A stretch of DNA of 64,000 nucleotides, from assembly GCA_951406725.2 (NCBI GenBank), contig OX597822.1:28396001-28460000 (forward strand), written 5' to 3'. The stretch comes from Octopus vulgaris. Taxonomy: Eukaryota. Shown piece by piece: positions 38,391 to 49,351 of this stretch (position 1 is the first letter of the stretch; the number at the start of each line of letters is the position of its first letter). The translations under genes were made by a program, and so were the position numbers. The notes beneath the pieces are model-generated. The model made no database searches. It had not been told where the DNA came from and worked only from the letters and a program-made list of their open reading frames with translations.

Positions 38391-39887
38391 GATAGCTGTT
38401 TGGTGACCAATATACTTCCCAACTACATGATTACAGGTTAATCTCATTGTGTGGTACCTTGGATAAGTGGATAAGTGTCCTCTACTGTATCCCCAGAGTG
38501 ACCAAAGCCTTTTGAATGGATTTGATGCGAAGAAACTGAAAGAAATCTGTGGTGTATATGTATACATAAGTGTATGTGTGTGTGTGTATGAAAGTGTATG
38601 TCTATGTGTGAGTGCATGCGCGTGACTGTGTGTGTGTGCATGTGTGTGCGTGTGTGCGTGTGTGTGCCTGCATGCTTGAGCTTGTCACCCACCACTGCCT
38701 CGCAGCCGTTATTAATTTGTTTACTTTACTGTAACACAAACCGGTAAAATAAGTGCCAGTCTTTAAAAGCATAACTGCATCATACTGCGTCGTCTTAGAA
38801 GCAAAATCTCAATGAATGGCACATCAATTGAATATCTGTTCGATTCAGAGACATTTTGTCTACTAAAATATTTAAAATAATCGTCTGATTTCGGAATCAT
38901 AATATTTCTCATGTTTGTCAGGTGAAATAATCGTCAGAGATGCTTTGTCCAGCACAGAAACTGCAGGGATATCGGAAGAAGTGGTGAGCTCTTCCGATAA
39001 TGATGACTAAAGCTGCTGCAATGATGCTTGCTCTTCTCCATCTTCAGCAAGTGTCTCCGCGTCAGCCTTTCAGCCTATACTTTGCTTATACTTTGCCTGA
39101 GTGGCATAAGGGTAACATCTGTAGTCTATAGACAACCACAACCATCTTAAACTAATTTTAGATTCCAAGGCTAGTCATTGGCTTCTTTCTTCTGATGTTT
39201 ATGTTCCAAACCAATGTTTGTTTAGGACTCAAGATCTTACTCACAAAACTGACTGCCAATTTCAAAAGGCAATGAGGTCTCTTACCATCTTTGACAAGAT
39301 CCTCGTCAGCCAAGACCTGATATTTAGTGTTATTCAGTTCATTAGAAATATCAAATCTGTCAGTTTAGCACGATTATCCGTTGAGCACTCTTGAACAGTA
39401 AGATGTCTGGTCGGAGAAATGTACTCGGGAACTGCAAAAAGATGTCTGATCGGAGCCGTGTTACTGCGCCGTCTTCGAAAAAGACACGTCTACACATCAA
39501 ATTCACTTGCATCTCCGGTCAAGAGCTTCTTGTAAGATAGGAACCAAGTCCCCCACATTGGATAATGTTGTCTTATAATCATTATACATGAGTAACACAT
39601 GCAATGCTATTTTACTAGTATTTTCAGTCATTTTTGAGAATCTTGTTTTAGAAATAATACATTAAAATACTCCACAGTAAATGGTCTTCTTTATTATTAT
39701 GGTGAGTTAAACCTCCTTGTGATAACGAGCAAAATCTTCTTTTATCAAAGAAAATGAATATTGGTAGTGGGAAAAAATTCGTTAAATTTTTCAGGTGAAA
39801 GGTTGTTGTGCTAATAATTCTATCGTTTTGTATCCTAACTTTATACATTACGAAATATAATACTTAGTTTTTACGATTTCATTTTCG

Positions 39888-40002
<115 letters not shown>

Positions 40003-40218
40003 AGTGTGAGTGAATTATAAATAAGTAATGATTCAGAGTAAATAACCTTGTAGAAATATAGTAAAGATGGCAGTTTGGGATATGAAAATCGATATATAAA
40101 GCCCGCTTTATACACACACCTGATGTTAAGGGTATTCGCATAGAGCATTTGAGTAGTCTATTCACATGAACACTTAAAACATAACCTTGTGTAATATCAT
40201 ACTCTAGTAGAGTACATG

Positions 40219-40243
40219 CTTTTTTCCTTTATCTGCAGGTATA
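40219..40243 (+). promoter_or_regulatory. Putative splice acceptor, GPCR 3 (AG at 40237-40238)
   Basis: CTTTTTTCCTTTATCTGCAG|GTATAC, 177 nt before the ATG. Confidence 0.65.
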
Positions 40244-40415
40244 CACAATTCAAGATTTCAATAAATTCTGCATTGTTTTCTACAGTTTCGAAGCGAAATA
40301 TTTAACCTTAATTTACTTAATCATGAACTTCAACATTTCCTACGGATCAATCTGTCAAAGACAAGTTAGAATATGATTACCAGAAAAAAATAGTTTTGCA
40401 TTTCATCAGGACATA

Positions 40416-42428
40416 ATGGAAATATTTGTCACAAGCTTTTTAATGTTCATCTTACTGATAACTCACACAGTTCAAACATCAACTATAAACATAACTGAAC
40501 CCGTCAATTGCCCGCCGGTTTTGTGTTCTAAAAGCCCCAGGACAGACCGTTGTTCATGTCAGCAAGACTGTTATTTATACGATGAATGTTGTTCCGACCG
40601 TCTTAATCACACAGCTTCTGATCTCGAGACTCCCTATCCCTCAATGTATTACAGCTGTAACTATATTAATGGTAAAACTTATTATCAATTTCACCGCTGT
40701 CCAAATAACTATGATGTAACGGAGCATGTGAACAACTGCGAAAATCCTAACTCAGACGAACAACTACATGATGTACCTGCTTTTGGTAAAACGAGTAAAA
40801 AACTCTATAGGAACTTATATTGTGCTCTCTGTCACGGAGAAGAATATATTTTGTGGAAGGTTTCTTACCAATGTTTCTATAATGATGATATTCCAAATAT
40901 CACTGTTGATAACTTTTTATACACTTTTAATAAAAAAAGCTGTGAGATATACAAACAAGTACCTTCAAATGAATTTTACCAATATTTGTATAGATGCACT
41001 CCTTATGTTTCAGTGTGTGCGCTACATAATACCAATAAAACATTAGAACATCTATGTGAGAACAAGCCAACGAGAATTGTTAACGCAAATAATACAGCCT
41101 TTAGAAATGTTTACTGTGCACTTTGTAATGGTAATGAAGCTGACGATATCCAGTGTGACATATATGAAATGAGAATGATTCCATTTTCAGCCAACGTATT
41201 TTCTCTAACCGCAGTTTTTAATTTCAATACCAATTCCATAGAAATACAAAATATGAATAAAAACGAAGGAAATACTGTTCTGCGACTACCCTCCTGTCCG
41301 AAGCATGCAGTCTACGATATGAATACAAAGCAATGTCGACAAGTTATCTACCACCCTCAACTAAACTGTACAACAACAGGTCTAAATGAATCTGAATATC
41401 ACATCACTAATGATGGTCTTCTATACTTAAATAATACCCAACGTTTACTGAACCAATCAGAATTCAGTTTCGATGAAAATGGTACAATAATCATCTGTGT
41501 AAAAAATCTTACCACTGTGTTACGAAAATATTCCGGAGCTGAATCTTATATCACGTTAGTAGGGCTTATATTTTCTATCCCAGCTCTAGCAATCACTATT
41601 ATAGTCTATCTCTGTATACCTGATCTCCGTACCTTACCAGGTAAATTACTCGTTAGTCTTTTATCAGCATTGTTTGTAGCTGAGCTTCTCTTTCTTATCT
41701 CGTCACAAGTCACTGCATCTACAGTTCTGTGTAAATCTTTAGCTATAGTGATACATTATTCTTTTCTAGCGAGTTTCTTCTGGATGAATGTTTTATCATT
41801 CGATGCCTGGTACACTTTCTCAGGACTTACACTACTTCGAAGTAAAGGGAAAGGTACCAAGAGATTTGTATTGTATTCCTTATATGCTTGGATTTGTCCA
41901 CTTGTAATAGTAACAATATCACTGATATTTGAGTACACACCTGGAAATCATGGACTTTCTCCAGAATATGGAAATGGCATTTGCTGGATTACAAATGGTA
42001 AAAGTCTGCTATGGTTGTTTGCATTCCCTGTTATGCTCATTTTATGTCTTAATATAACAGCATTTATCCTCACTACCAGAGGGCTATATATGGCTAGCAA
42101 ACTTTCTGCGAAATATCTGAAAAAACATAATAATTTGGAGATCATTGTTTGCATAAAACTGTTTTTTATTATGGGACTTACATGGACATTTGCATTCCTG
42201 TATACTTTTACAAAAATCGAAGAATTCTCTCTAATATTTTGTATTTTAAATTCTTTTATTGGATTATTTATTTGCCTATCATTTCTCTTCACAAAGATTG
42301 TCTGCCGCAATATACTTAAAAAATTTCGTCCTCTTTCAAAATGGCCTCCCACAGAATCAAGTGAGATGTCGTCAACTTCTCAGAGAACTTTATCGACACA
42401 AATACCAACAAAAATTACGTTTGAATAG
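40416..42428 (+). CDS. Methuselah-like GPCR paralogue 3 (670 aa)
   Basis: Same architecture; 7TM almost identical to paralogues 1/2, mid-ectodomain different. Confidence 0.93.
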   Translation: MEIFVTSFLMFILLITHTVQTSTINITEPVNCPPVLCSKSPRTDRCSCQQDCYLYDECCSDRLNHTASDLETPYPSMYYSCNYINGKTYYQFHRCPNNYDVTEHVNNCENPNSDEQLHDVPAFGKTSKKLYRNLYCALCHGEEYILWKVSYQCFYNDDIPNITVDNFLYTFNKKSCEIYKQVPSNEFYQYLYRCTPYVSVCALHNTNKTLEHLCENKPTRIVNANNTAFRNVYCALCNGNEADDIQCDIYEMRMIPFSANVFSLTAVFNFNTNSIEIQNMNKNEGNTVLRLPSCPKHAVYDMNTKQCRQVIYHPQLNCTTTGLNESEYHITNDGLLYLNNTQRLLNQSEFSFDENGTIIICVKNLTTVLRKYSGAESYITLVGLIFSIPALAITIIVYLCIPDLRTLPGKLLVSLLSALFVAELLFLISSQVTASTVLCKSLAIVIHYSFLASFFWMNVLSFDAWYTFSGLTLLRSKGKGTKRFVLYSLYAWICPLVIVTISLIFEYTPGNHGLSPEYGNGICWITNGKSLLWLFAFPVMLILCLNITAFILTTRGLYMASKLSAKYLKKHNNLEIIVCIKLFFIMGLTWTFAFLYTFTKIEEFSLIFCILNSFIGLFICLSFLFTKIVCRNILKKFRPLSKWPPTESSEMSSTSQRTLSTQIPTKITFE

Positions 42429-42551
42429 TACAACTTGTTTTGTGAACGAAAGGAAATCCATAGACAATATTTACGGCTTTCATAATGGGACAATATACTG
42501 ACTATATATTCATTAATAACAATATTTCATGATATAAACGTATTGTGTGTT

Positions 42552-43536
42552 TTAGGTTGGCAACTAAGTTTCCGCCGTTTTTTTAAATTTAAATTCTTTT
42601 TAATGTTTAATAAAAAAAAAAACATCTAATTAATCTATAATGTATTCACCCTTGTTCTTTGCAACTTCTTCCCAACGTTCAACAAGATTTTCAATACCTC
42701 GTTGGTCGAAATCGCCCGATTTCGACTTGAAAAATTGATCCAACCAAACTCTCAATTCTGCATCAGTATTGAACAAAACTCAGCGCAAAGCATTTGAAAG
42801 AGATCGAAAGAGGAGGAAATCTGTTGCTTCCAAATCAGGAGAGTACGGCGGCTATAGCAGCACTTCCCAGCCATGCGTTTGAATGGCTTCCTTGGTCAAA
42901 TTGGCGATATGAGGGCGGACGTTGTCGTGCAGCAGAAGAACTCCATGTTGCCGATTAGGTCTTTTCTCTTGAATAGCTCGTTGATTTTTGTTGATGTCAC
43001 TTAAGGCATGCGGAACCCATGCTCCATACTTCTGAACCTTTCCCATTGAGTGAAGATGTTTCTCTACAGCAGTGTAGGAGCATTCCATTCTCTCAGCCAG
43101 TTCCCTTGTCGTTTGACGAGAATTTTCGTGCAAAAGTTGGTTTCATGGCTCTTCATCGAACTCAACTGCGCGGCCAGAACGAGGTGCGTCTTTGAGGTTA
43201 CAATTTCCATTTTTTAACTTCGCATAACAGTCACGAGCTGCTTTTTCAGCTATGGCACCCTCTCCATACACAGCACAATTGTCGCGAGCAGCTTTTGCGG
43301 CTTTAGAACTTTGATTAAAAGCAAAAAGGTGTCGAAATTACTCGTTTTTCTTAACTTGACATTCCATTTTAATGATCTGAAAATAAACAAAAATTAACTA
43401 AAATTAACTAGAAAAAAAAAAAAATAGATTCCAAAATGATTCAAAATTAGAATTCTCGAAAAAAATGGTTCCAAAATTTAAAAACACAATAAATTTCAAA
43501 ATTTAAAAAACGTCGAGAACTTAGTTGCCAACCCAA
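42552..43536 (-). mobile_element. Mariner (DD34D-type) transposon, internally deleted, transposase pseudogene 42630-43367
   Basis: TIRs TT(A/G)GGTTGGCAACTAAGTT.. at both ends, TA at 43537-43538; remnants MECQVKKNE*FRH, PRSGR, WVPHAL, LLHDNVRPH, YSPDL; the segment with the first catalytic Asp is missing. Confidence 0.92.
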
Positions 43537-43560
43537 TAGAACGTAATGAGTCAAGATGTA

Positions 43561-43596
<36 letters not shown>

Positions 43597-44062
43597 TGTA
43601 TGTATGTATGTATGTATGTATGTATATGTATTTACATGTATGTAGAAATACATATATCGGCATGTATAAGTATCCATATATACATATATATATGTGCATA
43701 CATATCTTTCTCTGAAGCTGCCCCACCCTCATTTCTCGAATACTCACTTTACCTCTTCCTGACTTTATCTATTATCAGCCACATCCCTTATTCTTTCAAG
43801 ATTTATACCTGTCTATTCTCCTCGTACCTCTCTCCTTATCTCAGAAACCTACCTATTTTCGCTAGGCATAGAAGTAATAATTCAGAGTAAATGACCAGAT
43901 AACCTTTTAGAAATACAGTTCCCATGCACTTTGCATTAAGAAAATCGATATCGCTATATATCAAACACCGCTTCATGCATGTACCTGATGTTAAGGATAT
44001 TCACATGGAACATTTACATATGACTACTTAAAATATATCCTTGTGTAATAGAAGAATACATA

Positions 44063-44088
44063 TTTTTTTCCTTTATCTGCAGGTATAC
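44063..44088 (+). promoter_or_regulatory. Putative splice acceptor, GPCR 4 (AG at 44081-44082)
   Basis: TTTTTTTCCTTTATCTGCAG|GTATAC, only 34 nt before the ATG. Confidence 0.65.
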
Positions 44089-44116
44089 AAATATTTTCGC
44101 ATTTCAATAAGACATA

Positions 44117-46045
44117 ATGGAAGTATACGCCACAAGCTATTTAATATTCATCTTATTGATAAACCACGCCGTTCCAATATCAGCTATAAACAAAATAGAA
44201 GCCTTCAATTGCCCACCGGTTTTGTGTTCTGAAAGCCCTTGGACAGACCGTTGTTCATGTCAGCAAGACTGCTATTTATACGATGAATGTTGTTCCGACC
44301 GTCTTAATCACACAGCTTCTGACCTCGAGACTCCCTATCCCTCAATGTATTACAGCTGTAACAATATTAATGGTGGAACTTACTATCAATTTCACCGCTG
44401 TCCAAATAACTATGATGTAACGGAGCATGTGAACAACTGTGAAAATCCTAACTCAGACCAACAACTACATGATAAAACGAGTAAAAAACTCTATAGGAAC
44501 TTATATTGTGCTCTGTGTCACAGAGAAGAATATATTTTGTGGAAGATTTCTTACCAATGTTTCTATAAGGATGATATTCCAAATATCACTGTTGATAACA
44601 TTTTATGTATTTTTAATAATAAAAGCTGTGAGATATACAAACAAGTACCTTCAAATGAATTTAACCAATATTTGTATAGATGCACTCCTTATGTCTCAGT
44701 GTGTGCGCTACATAATACCAATAAAACATTAGACAATCTATGTGAGAACAAGCCTATGAGACTTGTTAACGCAAATAATACAATGTTTAGAAATATTTAC
44801 TGTGCACTTTGCAATGGTATTGAAGCTGACGATATCAAATGCGGCACCAATACACGAAATATACGTAAATATAATCCTCCAGATAGAAGTAAGTTGCAGG
44901 AGTTTCTTCTAGCAAGTCTATTCGCCCTGAAAAATGAAGAAATGCTAAATAAAATTACACAAGTCTCTCCTAAATCTATTCTAAACTGTATCACAACAAG
45001 ATTAAATGAATCTGAGTATTACATCACTAATGATGGTCTTCTCTACTTAAAGAACACCCATAGTTTTCTAAACCAATCAGAATTCACTCGTGCTTCTCAA
45101 GGTATAAATATCTGCGTAAAGAATGGTGCTCATATCTTAGGAAAATATTCCGAAGCTGAAGATTATATCACATTTGTGGGCCTCGTGATATCTATCCCAG
45201 CGCTAGCAATCACTATTATAGTTTATCTCTGTATACCTGACCTCCGTACTTTACCAGGTAAATTACTCATCAGTCTTTTATCAGCCATGCTTATAGCTGA
45301 GCTTCTCCTTTTTATCTCATTACAAGTCACTACTTCTACAGTCCTATGTACAGCTTTGGCTATATTGAAACATTATTCTTTTGTAGCGACTTTCTTCTGG
45401 ACGAATGTTGTGTCCTGCAATGCCTGGTACACCTTCTCGGGATTTATACAACATCGGAATTCAGGAAAAGGTACCAAGAGACTTGTATTGTATTCCTTGT
45501 ATGCTTGGATCTGTCCACTTGTAATTGTAACAGTATCACTGATATTAGAGTACACACCTGGAAATCATGGACTTTCTCCAGAATATGGTAAATGTACATG
45601 CTGGATTTCAAACAGAAAAAGCGTGCGGTGGCTATTTTCAGTCCCAGTAATAATCATCTTATGTTTAAATATCATTGCATTTATCCTCATTGCTAGAGGA
45701 TTATATATGGCTAACAAACTTTCTGCGAAATATTTATCAAAACATAATAAACTGGAGTTCATTGCTTGCATAAAGCTATTCTTTATTATGGGATTTACAT
45801 GGACATTTCAATTCCTGCATGCCATTACAGAAATAGAAGAATTTTCTCTAATATTTTATATTTTAAATTCCTTTCTTGGCGTATTTATTAGTTTGTCATT
45901 TCTGATAACAAAAACCGTCTGCCGCCATATAACTAAAATACATCGTCCAATCTCAAAATACCTTCAAACCAAATCGAATGCGATATCTTCAACTTCTCAC
46001 AGAATTTTATCGACACACACAAATACCAACACAACTTACGTTTGA
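44117..46045 (+). CDS. Methuselah-like GPCR paralogue 4 (642 aa)
   Basis: Same architecture; two in-frame ectodomain deletions; most divergent 7TM; ORF intact. Confidence 0.88.
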   Translation: MEVYATSYLIFILLINHAVPISAINKIEAFNCPPVLCSESPWTDRCSCQQDCYLYDECCSDRLNHTASDLETPYPSMYYSCNNINGGTYYQFHRCPNNYDVTEHVNNCENPNSDQQLHDKTSKKLYRNLYCALCHREEYILWKISYQCFYKDDIPNITVDNILCIFNNKSCEIYKQVPSNEFNQYLYRCTPYVSVCALHNTNKTLDNLCENKPMRLVNANNTMFRNIYCALCNGIEADDIKCGTNTRNIRKYNPPDRSKLQEFLLASLFALKNEEMLNKITQVSPKSILNCITTRLNESEYYITNDGLLYLKNTHSFLNQSEFTRASQGINICVKNGAHILGKYSEAEDYITFVGLVISIPALAITIIVYLCIPDLRTLPGKLLISLLSAMLIAELLLFISLQVTTSTVLCTALAILKHYSFVATFFWTNVVSCNAWYTFSGFIQHRNSGKGTKRLVLYSLYAWICPLVIVTVSLILEYTPGNHGLSPEYGKCTCWISNRKSVRWLFSVPVIIILCLNIIAFILIARGLYMANKLSAKYLSKHNKLEFIACIKLFFIMGFTWTFQFLHAITEIEEFSLIFYILNSFLGVFISLSFLITKTVCRHITKIHRPISKYLQTKSNAISSTSHRILSTHTNTNTTYV

Positions 46046-46266
46046 ATAGGATAACTGTTGTTCGGTGAACGAAATTAATATTTTTGTTCTGCATAAGATC
46101 CAAAGACAATGACTACTGCCTTCATAATGGGACAATATGCTTACTATATGTTCATTAATAACAATATTTCATGATATAAACGTATTGTGTGTACAAAAAA
46201 ATGAATCAAGATATATGTATTTATGTATATGTATGCACAAATACATATATCGGTATGTATGTTTCC

Positions 46267-46317
<51 letters not shown>

Positions 46318-46319
<2 letters not shown>

Positions 46320-46710
46320 CATGGACAATTCAATTCCTGTATACCATTATATAAATTAAAGAACTTTCTCTCATATTCTATATTTCTTGGGGTATTTATT
46401 AGTTTACCATTTCTGATATCAAAGACCGTCAGTCGCAGTTTAATTAAAAGATGATATGCAATTTCAAAATGGCCTTCCACTAAATCGAGTGAAATATCTT
46501 CTACCTACCAGAGAACTTTACCGACACAAATACCAACAAAGGTTAAGTTTAGATAATGTTACAACAAACTATATTGTTCTTGATGTCATCAAAACTAATC
46601 ATTTTACGCCTTTATAATGCGACCATAAACTCAATATATGTTTATTAATAATGTTTCATATTATAATTTTATTGTGTGTACAAAATAAAGTGTCTATGTA
46701 TGTCACGTGT
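46318..46710 (+). pseudogene. 3' remnant (TM6-TM7, C-tail, 3' UTR) of a sixth GPCR paralogue
   Basis: TACATGGACA.TTCAATTCCTG...GTATTTATTAGTTT..CATTTCTGATA.CAAA.ACCGTC...AAATGGCCTTCCAC.AAATCGAGTGA matches paralogue 3' ends; contains indels and stops; begins directly after (TG)n. Confidence 0.85.
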
Positions 46711-47049
46711 TCGTTTTTTTCTTTTTTGTTGTTGTTGTTATTGTATACATTCCCTGCTTCTTTGCTAATCCGAAAATTTCTACAAAATTCCATTATTCGA
46801 CAAATGACATCCATATGACAAAATGAAAATCAAGACTAACTGGTTTCCGATTTTTACTTATATGCTTACTGTTGTTTCAATCCTGTCGGATTTCATTTTA
46901 CCTCAAAATTTTCTGGCGATTCCGAAGGTCAATAATTAAAAGACGTCCGAGTCAATAAGATTTGATATATTCAACACATACACAAACACACACACAAACA
47001 TATATACACGTACACAAGTACACAAACACAGATAAGTAGGCAGATAAAT

Positions 47050-47640
47050 GGATACATACATACTGGCTGTACGTATGACAACCCAGGCACAAGTTTGTGC
47101 ATTACTACAGTTTTGTCAAGGATTATGATGAGGCGAAAGATCTGGCAATGGAGTGAAAGTCTATTCACCAGGTCTTACGTCACCTGTGCTGTGTCAACGG
47201 TATATATGAGGTCACGCACAAAAGACTGGAGAGACGTTGTCTTTACCACAAAACGCCGAAAGCGTGCAGTAATACAAAAAGAAGATCGCAAATAGAATTG
47301 GAGTAACATAGTCACCCTGTTTGACATCATTATTAATTTTAAAGGGCTATGTTATAATCTCGCCTATATTTAAAGAAACTTCCATACCATCATGGAAGGA
47401 GCATAGTTATTTCACAATGCTGTCAGGGCAGACGAATCGGCTGATGATCGCCCAGCCCAAAGTATATCACGATAAACAGTGCCGAGTGCTTTTGTTAGAT
47501 TGACAAACACTAGACAGAGGCTTTCTTGTTCTTCAAATCACTTTCCTGAACTTGTCTAGCTGGGTGGATATCTGTTGTACTTCCGTTTGGTTTGCAGCCA
47601 CACTGAGGTTCTGGTAAGATCCTATCTATGATGTGGGTAT
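47050..47640 (-). mobile_element. Highly decayed RTE-like LINE fragment
   Basis: QIFRLIIILDKTVVMH and [17 protein letters not shown] resemble RTE RT segments (FGLTIS..KT.VM; ILPESQCGFR..RSTTD). Confidence 0.5.
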
Positions 47641-47996
47641 CTAGCCATGTCAGAAGTTTTATACATACATGCATACATACATACATACATACATACATAC
47701 ATACATACATACATACATACATACATACATACATACTAGGTTTATACCTGTAATTATTGGGTCACTGATATATTTAACACACTGCCTAAAAAACAGCCTG
47801 GAGGAGTTATGCTTCTCAAAACCAGAAAGGAGAAAGCTGATTCGAAGACTACAGATCCAATCCATCACTGGAACTGTAAAAATCTGTAAAACTTTTCAGT
47901 ATTTTATCATTTAAGTATATATGAATATGTACAGATATGCAAATATATGCATGAGTAGCCATACGTAAAACAAAACATACATATCTGCACATATAA

Positions 47997-48392
47997 ATAT
48001 ATAATAACAAATGCAAAAGCGAATGTCAGTGTGTCTGTGTCACATTTTTCAATTTTACTCCTTCGACCCCTCTCTCACTATTCAATGACACTTCTAATTC
48101 TATAATAATGAATGTGAAAGCGAATGACAGTGTGTCACACTTTTTCAACATTACTCTTCTGACCGCCTCTCTCACTATACAATGATACTTCTACTATTCC
48201 TCATGCGTTACCCCTCTCTCACTGTTCAATGGCTCTTCTACTATTCTTCAGACTTGGTTTTGTTCTTAATCCTAACATTTTGAAAAAATATTTCTCTAAA
48301 TATTATAACTATTTCCAAAAGTAATTTCCAAAATAAATATTTTGAAAAAACCTTTCTCTAAATATTATAACTGTATCAAAGAGGGGTCGCTA
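47997..48392 (+). repeat. Internally repetitive element, possibly non-autonomous Helitron-like
   Basis: Two ~100 bp units starting AAAGCGAATG.CAGTGTGTC (second preceded by TCTATAATAAT), duplicated TTTCTCTAAATATTATAACT, ending GGGGTCGCTAG. Confidence 0.35.
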
Positions 48393-48489
48393 GAATAAAG
48401 TAATAGTAACATACTTGGATCGTTGTAATCGACTAACCCGCTTCTAAATTTTCAGGCCTTGTGCTAAAATCTGGAATAACTATTATTGT

Positions 48490-49130
48490 TAGTAGTATAA
48501 GAAAGGTAGATTATCAGAATCGTCAGAGCTTGGGAAAAATGCTTTGCTATATTTGTTCTAGCTTTTAGCGTTCTCGGTTCAAATCTAACCAAGATCAACC
48601 TACACCATTTCGGGGTAGGTAAAATAAAGTACCAATCAAGTACAGGGTCCATGTAATCAATGAAACCCCTTACCCTCAAATACTGCTGGCCAACAGCCTT
48701 AATTAGAAATAAGAGGGCGAGCTGGCAGAATCTTCAGCACTGCGGGGGGAAATGCTTCGAATTATTTCGTCCGTCTTTACGTTCGGAATTCAAATTCCGC
48801 CGAGGTCGATTTTGCCTTTCATCCTTTCGGGGTCGATAAAATGAGCACCGGTTGAGCACTGGAGTCGATGCAATTGACTTGGCCCACCACCCGAAATATC
48901 TAACCTTAAGCCAAAATTTTAAACTGTCATTCCCACTATTCATCACTCTGACGAAATTATTTAGTAGCATTTCTTCCAGTTTTACATTTTGGGTTCAAAT
49001 ACCACCGAGGTCAGTATTGCCTTTTATCTTTTCGGGGTCGATAAAATAAGCACAAATCGAACACTTGGGTCTATATAACTGACAAGTGCCTTCACATATT
49101 ATTTCGGGTCTTGTGCCTATAGTAGAAAGG
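48490..49130 (+). mobile_element. Three tandem decayed SINE family 2 copies
   Basis: Repeated (G/A)TTCAAAT....CC.AG.TC...TTTCGGGGT.G.TAAAAT blocks near 48575, 48785 and 48990; best head GGCGAGCTGGCAGAATC at 48716. Confidence 0.7.
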
Positions 49131-49286
49131 AATACTACCACTACTCTTTAGAATAGTATGTTTTTCCTTTATTTTTTCGTTAATTACTATAACAGAAATT
49201 AAGATATATTGAAATGCTGCATAGAATATATATAGAGAGAGGGGGGGAGAGAGAAAGAGAGAGAAAGAAAGAGAGAGAGAGAGAAA

Positions 49287-49351
<65 letters not shown>

